Source of the DNA: Podarcis tiliguerta
Taxonomy: Eukaryota
Assembly: GCA_965153285.1 (NCBI GenBank)
Contig: OZ229110.1
Direction: 5' to 3' (one strand)
DNA: 63,727 bases
Shown: one piece after another, positions 39,781 to 50,974 of the stretch
How the letters are laid out: each line of letters starts with the position of its first letter
Position numbering within the stretch: position 1 is the stretch's first letter
Position numbers and translations under genes: made by a program
The notes under the pieces: generated by a model
What the model saw: only the letters and a program-made list of their open reading frames with translations
Databases searched by the model: none
Told to the model about the DNA's origin: nothing

Positions 39781-40868
39781 ACATGCTTTTTTTGCCTCAG
39801 ATGTTTTTTCTTCTTTTTGTTATCAGGAACTTAAAGAAATAAACAGCCACCGCACAGAGAAAACTTAATAGTTGCAAGGAATATGGCTAACAGTCTTGAA
39901 AAAAAAATTGTTTAAAACAGAGAGGTTCAGGCCAAGTCCTGGGCATTCTTGAATATTTGATGTGCTAAATCCCAGATCCCAAAAAAATCTTTCTAAGTTG
40001 TAATAAGGTTGTTGGAAGTGTGGATCAGATTCTCTAACCTACAAGAGGCAAATATGCACCCCCCCCCCTTTTTAAACCAGATGAAATGTTAGAACAGTGT
40101 ACTGTGTGAAGCACTGCCCATTTTTCTGCACAATTTTAGTTACAATCGAATTCACAGAGGCTTTAAGAGGGAGGAAAAACAACAACAATGGGTATAATCA
40201 CACACTGGAACCTAAGAATTAGGTTTTGATGAAGCGTGATGGAAGAACCAAAATCTTGAGGAATGCTTTCCAAATAACCAGAGAAAAATAAACCGTTCCT
40301 TATGTCAGTCTTGTTAGAGAGGGATTAAGAAACTGGCAATTATTTTGGCGACCTTAATTGTTGCTCTGCAGGAAAATATGTAATTAGAGCACGTTCGCAG
40401 GCCCGCACACCTGCAGCACATCCTACAGTATAATGTCAGCTTTCAGTGCTTGCCCGTGCCAGGTTCTATCACAACCAGTCACAGTGATGCTCTGAGAACA
40501 TTTCGGACTCATGTAATGTGGCTTCTGTGTATGAAAGAAGCAGGCATTTACACTGGCATACAATGGAGGGCATTACTGTAACACTGGTTTCATTCTTTTC
40601 CAAACGCCTACCTTCAACGCCGCTCTGGTTTACTCAGTTTGAGGTTTTATTGTTACGGTATAATAGTCCTGTACATTTCTGAAATTCCCTTATTATACAG
40701 CTTATTAATACAGCACTGGCTTGATTATCAGGCGACAGTTGTGAAGGGGAAGATTCAGCGTGCGAGCGAAGTCAGAAACTGGACGAATGCTAAATAAGAA
40801 TAATTGTGTTCGGGGCATTCTGAGTGTATAGAAGTGTGCAGATGCCAACAAGTGTGTATTCAGAGAGA

Positions 40869-40870
<2 letters not shown>

Positions 40871-40899
<29 letters not shown>
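40871..40899. repeat. (AC)n microsatellite
   Basis: Perfect dinucleotide run. Confidence 0.95.
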
Positions 40900-41193
40900 T
40901 TACAGACACATTTGTTGCAACAGACCTAAAACATAGGGACTTTTTTGTGACGGTTTGTTGTTGTTGTTGTTTTGCTTTTGTTTTGCTGCAGTTTGAAAGG
41001 TTCTGTGCACCACCATCTCATGAAACTTTCCAGTTTTGCTCCACCTCTTCCCCTCCTTTATTACCTTTAATTTTAAAACTTGGAAGGTTTGGAACGCTAG
41101 GGTTTCCTTTTCTTGGAATAAAAAGGGGGGGAGCACAGTAGAGGGAATAACTGTCTTACAGCTAAATTCAGTAAGCTGGCATGCTGATAGTTA

Positions 41194-41485
41194 NNNNNNN
41201 NNNNNNNNNNNNNNNNNNNNNNNNNNNNNNNNNNNNNNNNNNNNNNNNNNNNNNNNNNNNNNNNNNNNNNNNNNNNNNNNNNNNNNNNNNNNNNNNNNNN
41301 NNNNNNNNNNNNNNNNNNNNNNNNNNNNNNNNNNNNNNNNNNNNNNNNNNNNNNNNNNNNNNNNNNNNNNNNNNNNNNNNNNNNNNNNNNNNNNNNNNNN
41401 NNNNNNNNNNNNNNNNNNNNNNNNNNNNNNNNNNNNNNNNNNNNNNNNNNNNNNNNNNNNNNNNNNNNNNNNNNNNNNNNNNNNN
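41194..41485. other. Assembly gap (292 N)
   Basis: N run. Confidence 0.95.
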
Positions 41486-42051
41486 GAGAAATTATCTAGT
41501 TTTTGCTTCAGGCCTGTCTTAGGTCACATGCAGAAGGCACACATCTGGCTTCCTGTAGGTGCAACCTCAGGACATAAACTTTGACTAATTTTTAAACTAT
41601 AAATATGTAAGACTGACACTGAATAAGTTACCTTTTATTCACATTTTCACGTATTTTTTGGCACATCAAAGGAAGATACCATTTTGACCTCCCTATGCTA
41701 CTCATATTTCAGTAATTGCAATATATTTCCTTTATGTGACAAAGCGTTTTGCATAGGAAGTTTCCATTTCTGTCACTGGACCTTTCTTCCTTTTGTTTCC
41801 TTCTTAGAGTCAGCTGACCAGTTAGAAGTAATTTTTTTACAGTTACCTTGAGACTCAACAAAGAGTAGTGTCAGGAGGAATTACTGATCTGCCTAGTTTC
41901 TCTTGAGTAGCTTACTTTCATTTTGAGGGTTTCTCAGGTCACTAGTACGGAAGCTGGCGATATGAGAACCACCAGTAAGCTGTTCTTTTAAGGGTCTTCT
42001 CTGATGCATCTCCTCTTCAGTCAAAAGTATATTTTTAGATGGTCAGATTTC

Positions 42052-42118
42052 AAACTACAGTTCCCGGCATTCTTTGGTGGAAGCCATGGGCCTTAAATGT
42101 AAGGTGTGGATGTGACCT
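42052..42118. mobile_element. Fragment of palindromic MITE family (see 51579-51714)
   Basis: AACTACAGTTCCCGGCATTCTTTGG...TTAAATGTAAGGTGTGGATG matches the arms of the 51.6-kb element. Confidence 0.55.
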
Positions 42119-43770
42119 CACAGCACTGCAATTCCTGAGGCAAATCCTACAGCCTACCTATGAGTGAATGCTAGGAAACCCTTAGCAACAGCAAGGCAAT
42201 GACATAAAGGCCACTACACGGTCTTGCTTGGAACTTAGCCACTCAGGCCTCATTGCCCCTACTCTGTCTTCAGTGTATCACTTCAGTGGGGATTCACACG
42301 ATGGATTGCTAATTCGTTAAAAGAATATTCCACTACATTGACAACTAGCGTGTCAGAGAGATGGGTGCCTTAGAAGATGCTAGGTTGGTATGTGGTGGCG
42401 TAGTGTAGTCCTGATACAGGATTTACCACCTAGTGTGAACACGGCCTAGATAAGGTGGAACTGGTGTACTGACTAGAAGATGAAGCACACAAAAATCCTT
42501 CTAATTATAATCCTTTGGCAAAAGATAACAAAAAGCTAAAGGAAGTATTATAAGTGACCAGGCACTGATGATTACTTCGTAGGACTTGGTATAACGACAG
42601 TATTCATTGACTCTGTACATATTTGCTTTTAAAAAGCAACTCTCTGGCTTATCTTGTCAACTCACCTTATCAAAGGCAACTTCATTCATCTCCCCCTCCC
42701 CATGGGTACTTGAGACTAGAATAACATTTGCAGATTAGAAGCCTCTTCACACAGCCATTGGCTGTCTGGGAGATGCAGGAAAATGCACTTGAAAATTCGG
42801 GGATCTTGGTATGCTTAGAATTTTGAAGCCAGCTGATTTTGGTTGTGTGAATCAGCCACGAGGCATCACAAGCATTGCTCCAAACACGCATGGCATGAGA
42901 AAACAATATGGCAAACCTCAGAGGTTTCCATCTGCCAACAGTGGGATCAGCTGAGTAATTCAAGACATTATGCAATATTGCAGAAGGCATTGATGGTGTT
43001 CCCTCCTTGCGTGTTGTGGTTACTGAATTTTACCGATGTGTTTGCTGGAGCTGACAAAGTGAACCAACTGAATGGACAAATGCCAAAAAAACAATTATGT
43101 TTATTAATGTGCATTGATTACTTGTTTAGGATATAAGAGAAAATTAAAAAAAAATGCATTAGTATTTAAAGTTTTTTATAGCTGGGCTAATGATTGCTTG
43201 TAATATAGTGTCTAGTAAAGGCCATTCTATGATACCTATAAGTCTCAGCTTTGTCGTCAAATTAGTTGACTTTGATTTATAGGGTTGTCACTATTAGTAT
43301 AAATCTTTATTTCTTTAAGTGATAGCCTGTCTTGGGGCAGGAGTTACCTATTTTCAGTCACATTGAATAATATAAATCAGTGCCAGTATACCTGTTGATT
43401 CAATAGGATTGTTTCACATGAAAAGTATTATGGTTGCCAGATTCAGGCTTTTAGGCATATACAGCAAATACATCAAAATGTGGCCTAGCCATCATAACAG
43501 ATTGGAAGTCAAGGGTTAACCCTGACTTCTCTCATGTTAACGGTTAGGAGAGGACTTGTCTAATATGCCCTACATTATTGTCTGTAAAGAGACTGCAGTA
43601 GTATCTCTGTGGTAGCTTATATGTGAAGGGAATTTGATCTGGTGCATATAAATGTGTGTTTCTGAGCATCCTGGCTAGGACATAAAGCCCCTTGAATTCA
43701 GTAAGCCTTCTGCATACATTTGTTTTGGTAAGACCTTGCTACTTCTATGCTTAAAGTCTCTAATGATCCA

Positions 43771-43990
43771 GTAACTCCAGATTAGACTACTGCCATGTAC
43801 TTTATTTTGGGCTGTCCTTGAAGACAGTCCAGAAGCTTTATTCATTTCAGAATATAGCTGCCAGGGTTCTGACTGAAGCCAGTCTTTCATATCATATCAC
43901 ACTGATCTTGCAACAGGTATATTGGTTGCCAGTTTGCTTCCAGGATCATGTCAAGATCATGGTTTTTACTTTTTAAAGTCCTAAATGGCA
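43771..43990 (+). mobile_element. L2 LINE internal ORF2 fragment
   Basis: Encodes RLDYCHVLYFGLSLKTVQKL..QNIAARVL..HITLILQQVYWLPVCF..KIMVFTFKVLNG with frameshifts (L2 RLDYCN and LHWLP motifs). Confidence 0.82.
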
Positions 43991-44552
43991 TGAAACAAAA
44001 ATATCCCAAGGTCCTGCATGTGCAAAACAAATTTTTTTGTCCACCGCCAAAAATATTGTGTACAAATAGCTGACACAGGGGTGCTGTCCCTCCCCCACCT
44101 CACCCCACCCGCCATCTGTGACGCCCAAAATTTCAAAGCCTTCCAAGAGACGTCCCCTGACACAATCTCTGCTCACTGTTAGCCAGTAGCAAAGACAGTA
44201 GCCCTATTGGGCATTTGGTCTCCTTATGTATAAGCAAACATATGAGGAGAAATGAGGGCATGGTGCAGAATTGTGCCCTTTCCAATATATCATCTGTACC
44301 CAGCTGAGAACCCTCCATGAGTTTAAGGACAAAAGTCTAGAGCTGATTCTACTTGTGCAGACTGTCTGTGTGATTAAAAAGGGTTTTGAGGCGATTGGAC
44401 CTCTGAACAGGGCTAAAGTTATTCCACTTTCATTTCAAGTTATTCCTTTTTGTTTTATGCTGTGGCTGTCTTTTTGATTCATTTCGGTTTAGCCCATTTT
44501 GCTTGGTATGACTGTAATGGTTGTTTTGTTATTGTTGCATCTTGTATTTATC

Positions 44553-44553
<1 letters not shown>

Positions 44554-44628
<75 letters not shown>
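44554..44628. repeat. Compound (TC)n(CA)n microsatellite
   Basis: Direct reading. Confidence 0.95.
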
Positions 44629-44632
<4 letters not shown>

Positions 44633-45357
44633 GCTGAGGCGAACAATTTGTTAAGAAAAATAAATAAAATAAAAATATGCTTATTTCTGCTAACCACATG
44701 AGCCGGCTCCCTCCCTAGTCCCAACAACGGAGGGGGAATTAGCAAAATTTAATTCATGAAACAGGATCTATTGAGGTATGAAACCCAGCACACGACACCC
44801 TTTTTTGTGGGTGCTACTTACACATTTGTTTTAGCGCTAATGTGTCAAGTCGCACTGCAGGAATCTCTTGTTTGAGCAGGTATTAGGCTGTCTTGCTATT
44901 CTTATTCAGGATTCCATTTCAGCCTGGTCAGGACTTATTAGAAGGAAAAGGTCAAGTAGTCCAGATCTCACATCATGTCCCCTGTCCAGCCCCACACAGA
45001 TGAAACAGCACGCCCAAAGGGTTCCCTTTGAGGGACAATGTAAAGCCCATCTCAGCAACTTATCTGACATAAATCAAATGTAGCTCTATCAGCATGTGGC
45101 TTAAGTATGTCTGGGTTCTACTCCAAAGCTGCTAAATAATTTCTAAAAGTATTTACTTGAAGCCTGTGCAAGGTGTCTGCATCAATGTAAGAAAAGGGCA
45201 GCACTGAGAGCAACGGAAGTTGCCAAGTCATGAAACAGTGGTCATGTTGTCAACCTTATGATGATAACATGACATCTAGCAACACTAGGCTTTAGGGTGG
45301 CTGTTAGAACACCGGATTGGAACCTGAACTATGTGTAGCATAACATGGCTGTACTTG

Positions 45358-45360
<3 letters not shown>

Positions 45361-45405
<45 letters not shown>
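45361..45405. repeat. (CT)n microsatellite
   Basis: Direct reading. Confidence 0.95.
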
Positions 45406-45410
<5 letters not shown>

Positions 45411-45769
45411 ATTCTCATCCTTTCCCCCTTTCCCTTTGGTTACATATCTTAACAAGAAGGCTTTGCATTTTAACATGGAATAACATAGCTGTTATCATAT
45501 TTTTAATTTAGATTTATTTCAATTTTAAAATACAATATCAAAACAGTTTAAAAAAAAATTAAAGTCAAGGGAACGGGGTGAGTCCTAAAATATATATATC
45601 TCAGGTGTTGCAGGCCAGGATATTTACCAAGAATATCTTAAAATAATAATAATAAATATGGCAATATATTTTAAATGCCACACTTCTGAGAAAGGGCAGT
45701 GTGGGTTATGCATTCATCGTTTATCTCCAGCTTTGGATTTGTATTCCCCAATAAGGCACCTTGACTGAT

Positions 45770-46420
45770 TTCAAATCAGCACCTGTTTCCCTAGTGCGAT
45801 TTCCGGATGCGGCCCCTCTGAAAAAGCTACGCTAACTTCCCCAGCTTTCAAAAAGCCACACTTTGGAAAACTACACTAATGGAATACCCCTGTATAAAGT
45901 TCTTTCCACGGTGGCCATCCCTATTGAAAGTAATGGGGCCTGACAGTTCCTTAGTTAAAAATCATACAGAAGGGTCACTTTTCCTTAAATTATCTATTGA
46001 ATGCCAGCTGTTCACAACTTCAGCTGCCTCGCTCGGTTTCCGCTGCTTAAAATGTCTCCAGCTTTCGCGCAACGTTTGTCTCGGAAGATGTCACCGAAAA
46101 AGTTTGTGGATAGTAACACCTCGGTGGAAGTAACTCACTGCAAGTGCACTTTGCATTTGTCCTTGCCTGTGGTGGCTAAGCGAGGCGGTGGTGACAGCAG
46201 GGTGTCTGTGTGGCGAGGAGGGGGGAGGAGGACTAAAGTCTGGAGAATGTTCAGGTTATTCATGCTGCCTGTTGCTGCACTTGAGTTATATCATAATTTC
46301 CCATTTGCTGCACAACTTTATTCTATTTTTATGCTCCTGAGTGATGGGGCTTTAAGTACTCACAATTGATACTTCCGTGGTGTGAGCCCTATCAGAGGCC
46401 ACCTCTGATAGATAAAGCTC
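45770..46420. promoter_or_regulatory. Candidate intragenic promoter/enhancer
   Basis: Non-repeat segment with 12 CpGs in 46021-46220 against a depleted background. It has an ETS core ACTTCCG (~46370), three GATA motifs in a perfect dyad at 46389-46415, and E-boxes CACCTG/CAGCTG. Confidence 0.4.
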
Positions 46421-48045
46421 TCGTTTTCTCTCTCTTTTTTGCTGGAGAGGGGGGAATGGGGTCACAGTCAAGGGCCTTCCTTTTCTCTGCTCTATTAAAG
46501 CTATAGCCATTCTGGAGCTTCTCTCTCTCTCTCTTTCCCCTTCCCTTTCATGAAAGGAAACTACACTCAGATCATGCTTATTTCACTATCAAAGCTCCCA
46601 CACTCAAATGTTTCTCATTACTGGCCAAAATGAGCAATGGTCATCTTTGGATCATAATTAGAAGCCCTACTCTTTTTTAAAAAAATAAAAATCAACACAC
46701 ATACAGAAGGCCGTAAGATGAAACATCACACATCGTTTCCTGATTTTTAAAAAATAAAAAAATGAAATGTAACTAATTTCCATGGTTCCCGTGGTATTTA
46801 AATAAACCTGCCACCCTTATTTCCATAGATTAATGAACAGCAAAAAGATATATGGCAAAGGTTTACGCTCACACTCTTTCCTGCCTTATTGGGGGCATTC
46901 TCTTTAATTATAACGTAAGTGTGATTTAGTAGTTATTTTTGTAACCTGGCAGAGATACTGCCTCTGCAGACTTTGATTTTAGCAAATACCACTACACCAG
47001 TGTAACAACCGGTGACCTGTGCTAGCTATACTTCATAGCAATTAGAGAGCCCAGTTGCTGCAGAAACTCGATACATTTGGAATATCGATGTTTATCGTGA
47101 ATTTATTTTAAAACATAACGGGCTGAGATGCACTCCGTAGCAGCTGGACAGCATCACATATTCATTGCATTCCCCCCCCCCTTCAACTCCCGCAACCCCC
47201 CACCCCACCCCCAGCCTGGTTCCCCCCCCCCCCCCGGCTCTCTATTATGTGATCTTTCAGGGGGCTTGTCGCACGCATTAATATGCAACTGTTCTGTTTT
47301 CTTTCAGAGGGCTTGTAAACTCTTTAAGCAGCAGAACACAGTTTCCAATTGTTGCAGTGCTGAGTGGGTGGATAGGAGCCGGGGCTGCCGCCTTGTCCAG
47401 TTGTAGATAGAATAAAACTGACAATGATGCAATGGAGCTGGCATCCAGACAACTCCAAGGAATGAATGGTGTTGCTCCAGCAATCCCTCCGGTGGCCGTA
47501 GGTCTTGGAATAGGCTAGAACGAGAAGGGTGGGTGAAAACCGATATGCACTATTACTACACGTATAAAACCTAACACTGGGGCCATAGCACAGGTGGGGG
47601 GTTCCTGTTTATTGATTTTTATTACTCGCTCAGAACATACGCCTAATGCTTTTATACTCCGGGAGCCCCGGGAGTGCTCACCTCAGGTAATAAACCTTTC
47701 TGTACTTTGCTGTAGTAGTTCGCCGTTTACACGGGGGCCGATGTTCTTTCTTCTCCTTGCCTGCACAGAGCCTTGCGTGCGTGTCTCTCTTTCTCTAGTT
47801 CTCTTTTGTAGCAGACAGCTCAAAGGAGGAGAGGAAATAACTCGCAGTGCAAACATTTATTCTGAATTTGAAACACTGTCCATTCCCTGGCTTAGGGAGA
47901 TGGTCCCTTATTTCTAATTACTCACATTTCCAAGAAAATTAGTCACACAAACTTATGCTATGTGTTGTCTCCGAGGTTGAAAGCAAATTAGGTTTCCAAT
48001 AAGACAGTACATCAAAGAAAGTAGCATGTTCTTGATGCAGATGAC

Positions 48046-48177
48046 NNNNNNNNNNNNNNNNNNNNNNNNNNNNNNNNNNNNNNNNNNNNNNNNNNNNNNN
48101 NNNNNNNNNNNNNNNNNNNNNNNNNNNNNNNNNNNNNNNNNNNNNNNNNNNNNNNNNNNNNNNNNNNNNNNNNNNNN
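48046..48177. other. Assembly gap (132 N)
   Basis: N run. Confidence 0.95.
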
Positions 48178-48368
48178 TATACTAAAGAAGTTTAGCGTCT
48201 TATGCTGGTAATTTCATTATTTAAAAATATGAATTAATTGTCTTAAAATAATATTGTTAGAAGTATAACTAGTAGGATTATGGAGCTAATTCTTTTTTAA
48301 TCAACGCTTCCTATTAATACACTCCAGACTCTCATATATATATGAGTTGTATATATATATATATATTT

Positions 48369-49247
48369 CAGTTGGAAAACCAAGGGGTCTATGAAATACC
48401 CTGCAAAGTCTGCCCAGCCACGTACATTGGACAAACAAACAGACGAATAAATGCACGTATCGCAGAACACAAGAATGCCGTCAAAAAAGAAGAAAAAACT
48501 TCCTCTCTTTTCCAACACATGAAAGAAACAGGACACGAAATTAATTTTGCAGATTCCAAATTGCTCTTTAACATGGAACATCACCACAAGAGAATAATCA
48601 TGGAAGCCATCGAGATAGAGAAACACCCTCACAACATGAACAAGCGTGACGACACATCCCGCTTGCCAGACATCTGGAAATTAGCCCTCCCCACAAAATC
48701 TGACACCAGATCCAGAGGCACACAGAACGCCATCACCAATCAACCACACCAGACCCAAACCCAGACCCTCTCCACAGATAAATTACAGACACCATCCAGT
48801 AGCCAAACCAGGGTGGCACCTCCGGATGCTGCACCCCCCTGCAATCCCTACACAGATCTGGCTGGCACAGGCCACAAAACCACAGCTCGCCCCTATACAC
48901 GAAGCCAAGCCAGAGCACAACCAAGTGCAGTACAGCCATCTTCTCAGAAAAACTCTTCACAAAGTTCAAGAGTTCAAGACACGAAGGCTTTAGCAACTAA
49001 TCCACACCTAATGACCCACCTAAGTGGGATTCAGGAAATCACTCAAGAAATCACTCAAGATATCCCTCAAGTAATTAAGGAACAAAAGAAGAAAAGGCAC
49101 ACTAGCCTGGGAACCTCCTCTCTGCCCAGAACATTGGAGGCTATACACCACACCTCCTCAACAGTATTTATAGGAACTCAAACACTGAGATCCTGCTCTG
49201 TTCCAGTAACAAGAAGCCGAAAGCACCAGCCTGAAGATGACGAGTGA
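48369..49247 (+). CDS. Partial PLE ORF: GIY-YIG endonuclease domain plus ~185-aa Q/T/S/P-rich tail; no RT domain and no genuine start
   Basis: GVYEIPCKVCPATYIGQTNRRINARIAEH..QHMKETGH..RIIMEAIEI..NMNKRD..LPDIWK contains the GIY/YIG motifs, catalytic R/E/N and the PLE CCHH residues. The frame is open to TGA at 49245-47. The ORF-track ATG at 48342 lies in the flanking microsatellite. Confidence 0.85.
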   Translation, partial: QLENQGVYEIPCKVCPATYIGQTNRRINARIAEHKNAVKKEEKTSSLFQHMKETGHEINFADSKLLFNMEHHHKRIIMEAIEIEKHPHNMNKRDDTSRLPDIWKLALPTKSDTRSRGTQNAITNQPHQTQTQTLSTDKLQTPSSSQTRVAPPDAAPPCNPYTDLAGTGHKTTARPYTRSQARAQPSAVQPSSQKNSSQSSRVQDTKALATNPHLMTHLSGIQEITQEITQDIPQVIKEQKKKRHTSLGTSSLPRTLEAIHHTSSTVFIGTQTLRSCSVPVTRSRKHQPEDDE

Positions 49248-49266
49248 GACCTCGTCGAAACGTCGC
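49229..49266 (+). ncRNA. Minimal type I hammerhead ribozyme motif (PLE-associated)
   Basis: GC-CTGAAGA-T-GACGAG-tgagac-CTCGTC-GAAA-C-GTC-GC. It has the core CUGANGA and GAAA, a perfect 6-bp stem II, a palindromic ACGT stem III remnant and a GUC cleavage triplet (49262-64). Stem I is only 2 bp. Confidence 0.75.
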
Positions 49267-49642
49267 CTAGACACCCCAACTTTTACACGGGAAGACACCC
49301 GAGGACACCAAAACCTGCATTCCTGTACCCGTGAAAATCTACGAAAGCAAATATATATATATATATATATGAGAGAAAGTTTTCTGTCAGGTGTGCAGCT
49401 GTGTGATTCAGAGGAGAACACAGAATAAAACTGAATAGGAGAATCCTGGGTGGGGAATAAAATCACCTCAAATGCAGTAAATCATCATCTAAACAGAACC
49501 CCTGAGGGACCTGATCTGAGCTGGGATCCACAAACTTTTTAATCTTCATGGCTTTTTTAAAAAATATGCATATAGCAGCTGACTGGGGCAGGGGCTGAAC
49601 ATTATTGGGGAATTTCAGTAGGGGCTAGAGAAGGCATTTTAA

Positions 49643-49966
49643 CTCTTTCTTGCCCTTACTGTGGTCTTGATTAAAACCATTCCTCTGAAGGTACTTGCAA
49701 CTGGGAGGAAAACCCACATTGGCACCAGTGGGGGTTTTTCTCCTGATGCAAATAGCAGCCTCAGAGGAGGGATCGTCCTCAGGATTGCAGGATGGGTGGG
49801 AAGGCTTACAATCCCCATCCTCACTGGCTGCAATCTGTTATTTCTCAGCCCCACCCCAGCAGGTGCTATATGCAGTTTAAAAACAGTGCACAAAACAAGT
49901 GCAGTGGTAGGATGAAGAGAAAATATGGTACTGGGAGTTAGACAAATCAAGTTCTGGGTAAAAGAG
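49643..49966. mobile_element. Possible old piggyBac-like MITE
   Basis: TTAA-CTCTTTCTTGCCC ... GGGTAAAAGAG-TTAG; the TIR and the right TTAA are imperfect. Confidence 0.3.
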
Positions 49967-50489
49967 TTAGCTATCGGCTGACTTTTCTGTCTTCCTGTCA
50001 TTCCCCAGTCCTCATTAACAAATAACTTACTGAACCTTCAGCTGCTCCTTTGTAAGGCCAGAAAGATCTGTTCATTGTTTGATCATGGAAGAAGGAAGTG
50101 ACCTGGTCTGGAAGGGGAGCATTTCATGTTTTTCCAGAGCACTGTTAAGAAAAACACAGCGTTAGCCAGGAGCTAGTGTTGCTCTGTTCCGACCTTTCTC
50201 TGGATACCCTGTCCAGAGTCCCCTGTGACAAATTATCCCCAGATCATACAGAGAGGACCCCCTGGTTTCTCCTGTGACAGTGTGTGATCCCCTTTGAAAG
50301 GGACTAGACTCTGATTCTGTGTGGGTTCTCGATGCACTTGAGAAGCCCCAAACCACTGTATAATGTAGGCAGACCTCAAAGGTGTTACTAGATATAGTTT
50401 GAAATGAAGGGTGGGGAAAACACTGTCATTGACAGGTATGGGTTTACTATACTGTTTTGTGTTTTTTTCTAGCTAAAAAAGCATGTGGG

Positions 50490-50870
50490 TTAGAGGCAAT
50501 TTGTAGACAAGTTCATGATGGATCATGCTTTCAATTGCTGGTAGTCAACATAGCTATGTAGTTCAGAGGCAGCAGTATCGGTGCTATTTTTCTTGAAAAA
50601 AGGTGCCGGAAACTCCCTCGTTCTCCTAGAATGGCAATGGCACCCACCTGAGAGGTGCTGGAACTGAGGTGCTTTGAATTCCTCCTGGAAAAAAAGCCCT
50701 TGGCAGTATGATTCTGAATTCTTGGGGACTGCGAACAAGAGGCTGCTGTTGTGCCCATGCCCTGCTTCCAGAGGGCTTCCAGAAAGATGTTTGGCGGCCC
50801 ACTGTGGGAACAGAACGCTAGACTCGGTGGGCTTTATTCTGTTCCAGCAGGGCTCTTCTTATGTTTATAT
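50490..50870 (+). mobile_element. CR1 LINE 3' end fragment
   Basis: TAGACAAGTTCATGATGGAT...CCACTGTGGGAACAGAACGCTAGACT..TCCAGCAGGGCTCTTCTTATGTT, which mirrors the 27.2-27.5 kb CR1 terminus. Confidence 0.8.
50579..50701. mobile_element. hAT MITE inserted in the CR1 3' UTR
   Basis: Ends CGGTGCTATTTTTC / GAAAAAAAGCCCTT (degenerate CAGxGCTTTTTT TIR), with 8-bp TSD AGCAGTAT / GGCAGTAT. Confidence 0.7.
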
Positions 50871-50907
50871 ATTCAACGTTTAGACCCAGGGACACCTTCT
50901 GGTGGAG

Positions 50908-50916
50908 ACACACACA

Positions 50917-50970
<54 letters not shown>
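50908..50970. repeat. Compound (AC)n(GA)n microsatellite
   Basis: Direct reading. Confidence 0.95.

Positions 50971-50974
<4 letters not shown>

Larger units (their letters stand above)
48367..49350 (+). mobile_element. Penelope-like element (PLE), 5'-truncated, with 3' pseudo-LTR, inserted in (AT)n
   Basis: GIY-YIG ORF, hammerhead motif, and PLE-type terminus CCCGTGAAAATCTACGAAAGCAA. (AT)n lies on both sides, with candidate duplication ATATATATATGAG (48334-46, 49361-73). Confidence 0.92.

Noticed and set aside
48342-48368. ATG start of a 301-aa gene
   Set aside because: The ATG and the CIYIYI codons come from the flanking (AT)n repeat; the element is 5'-truncated and lacks the RT.
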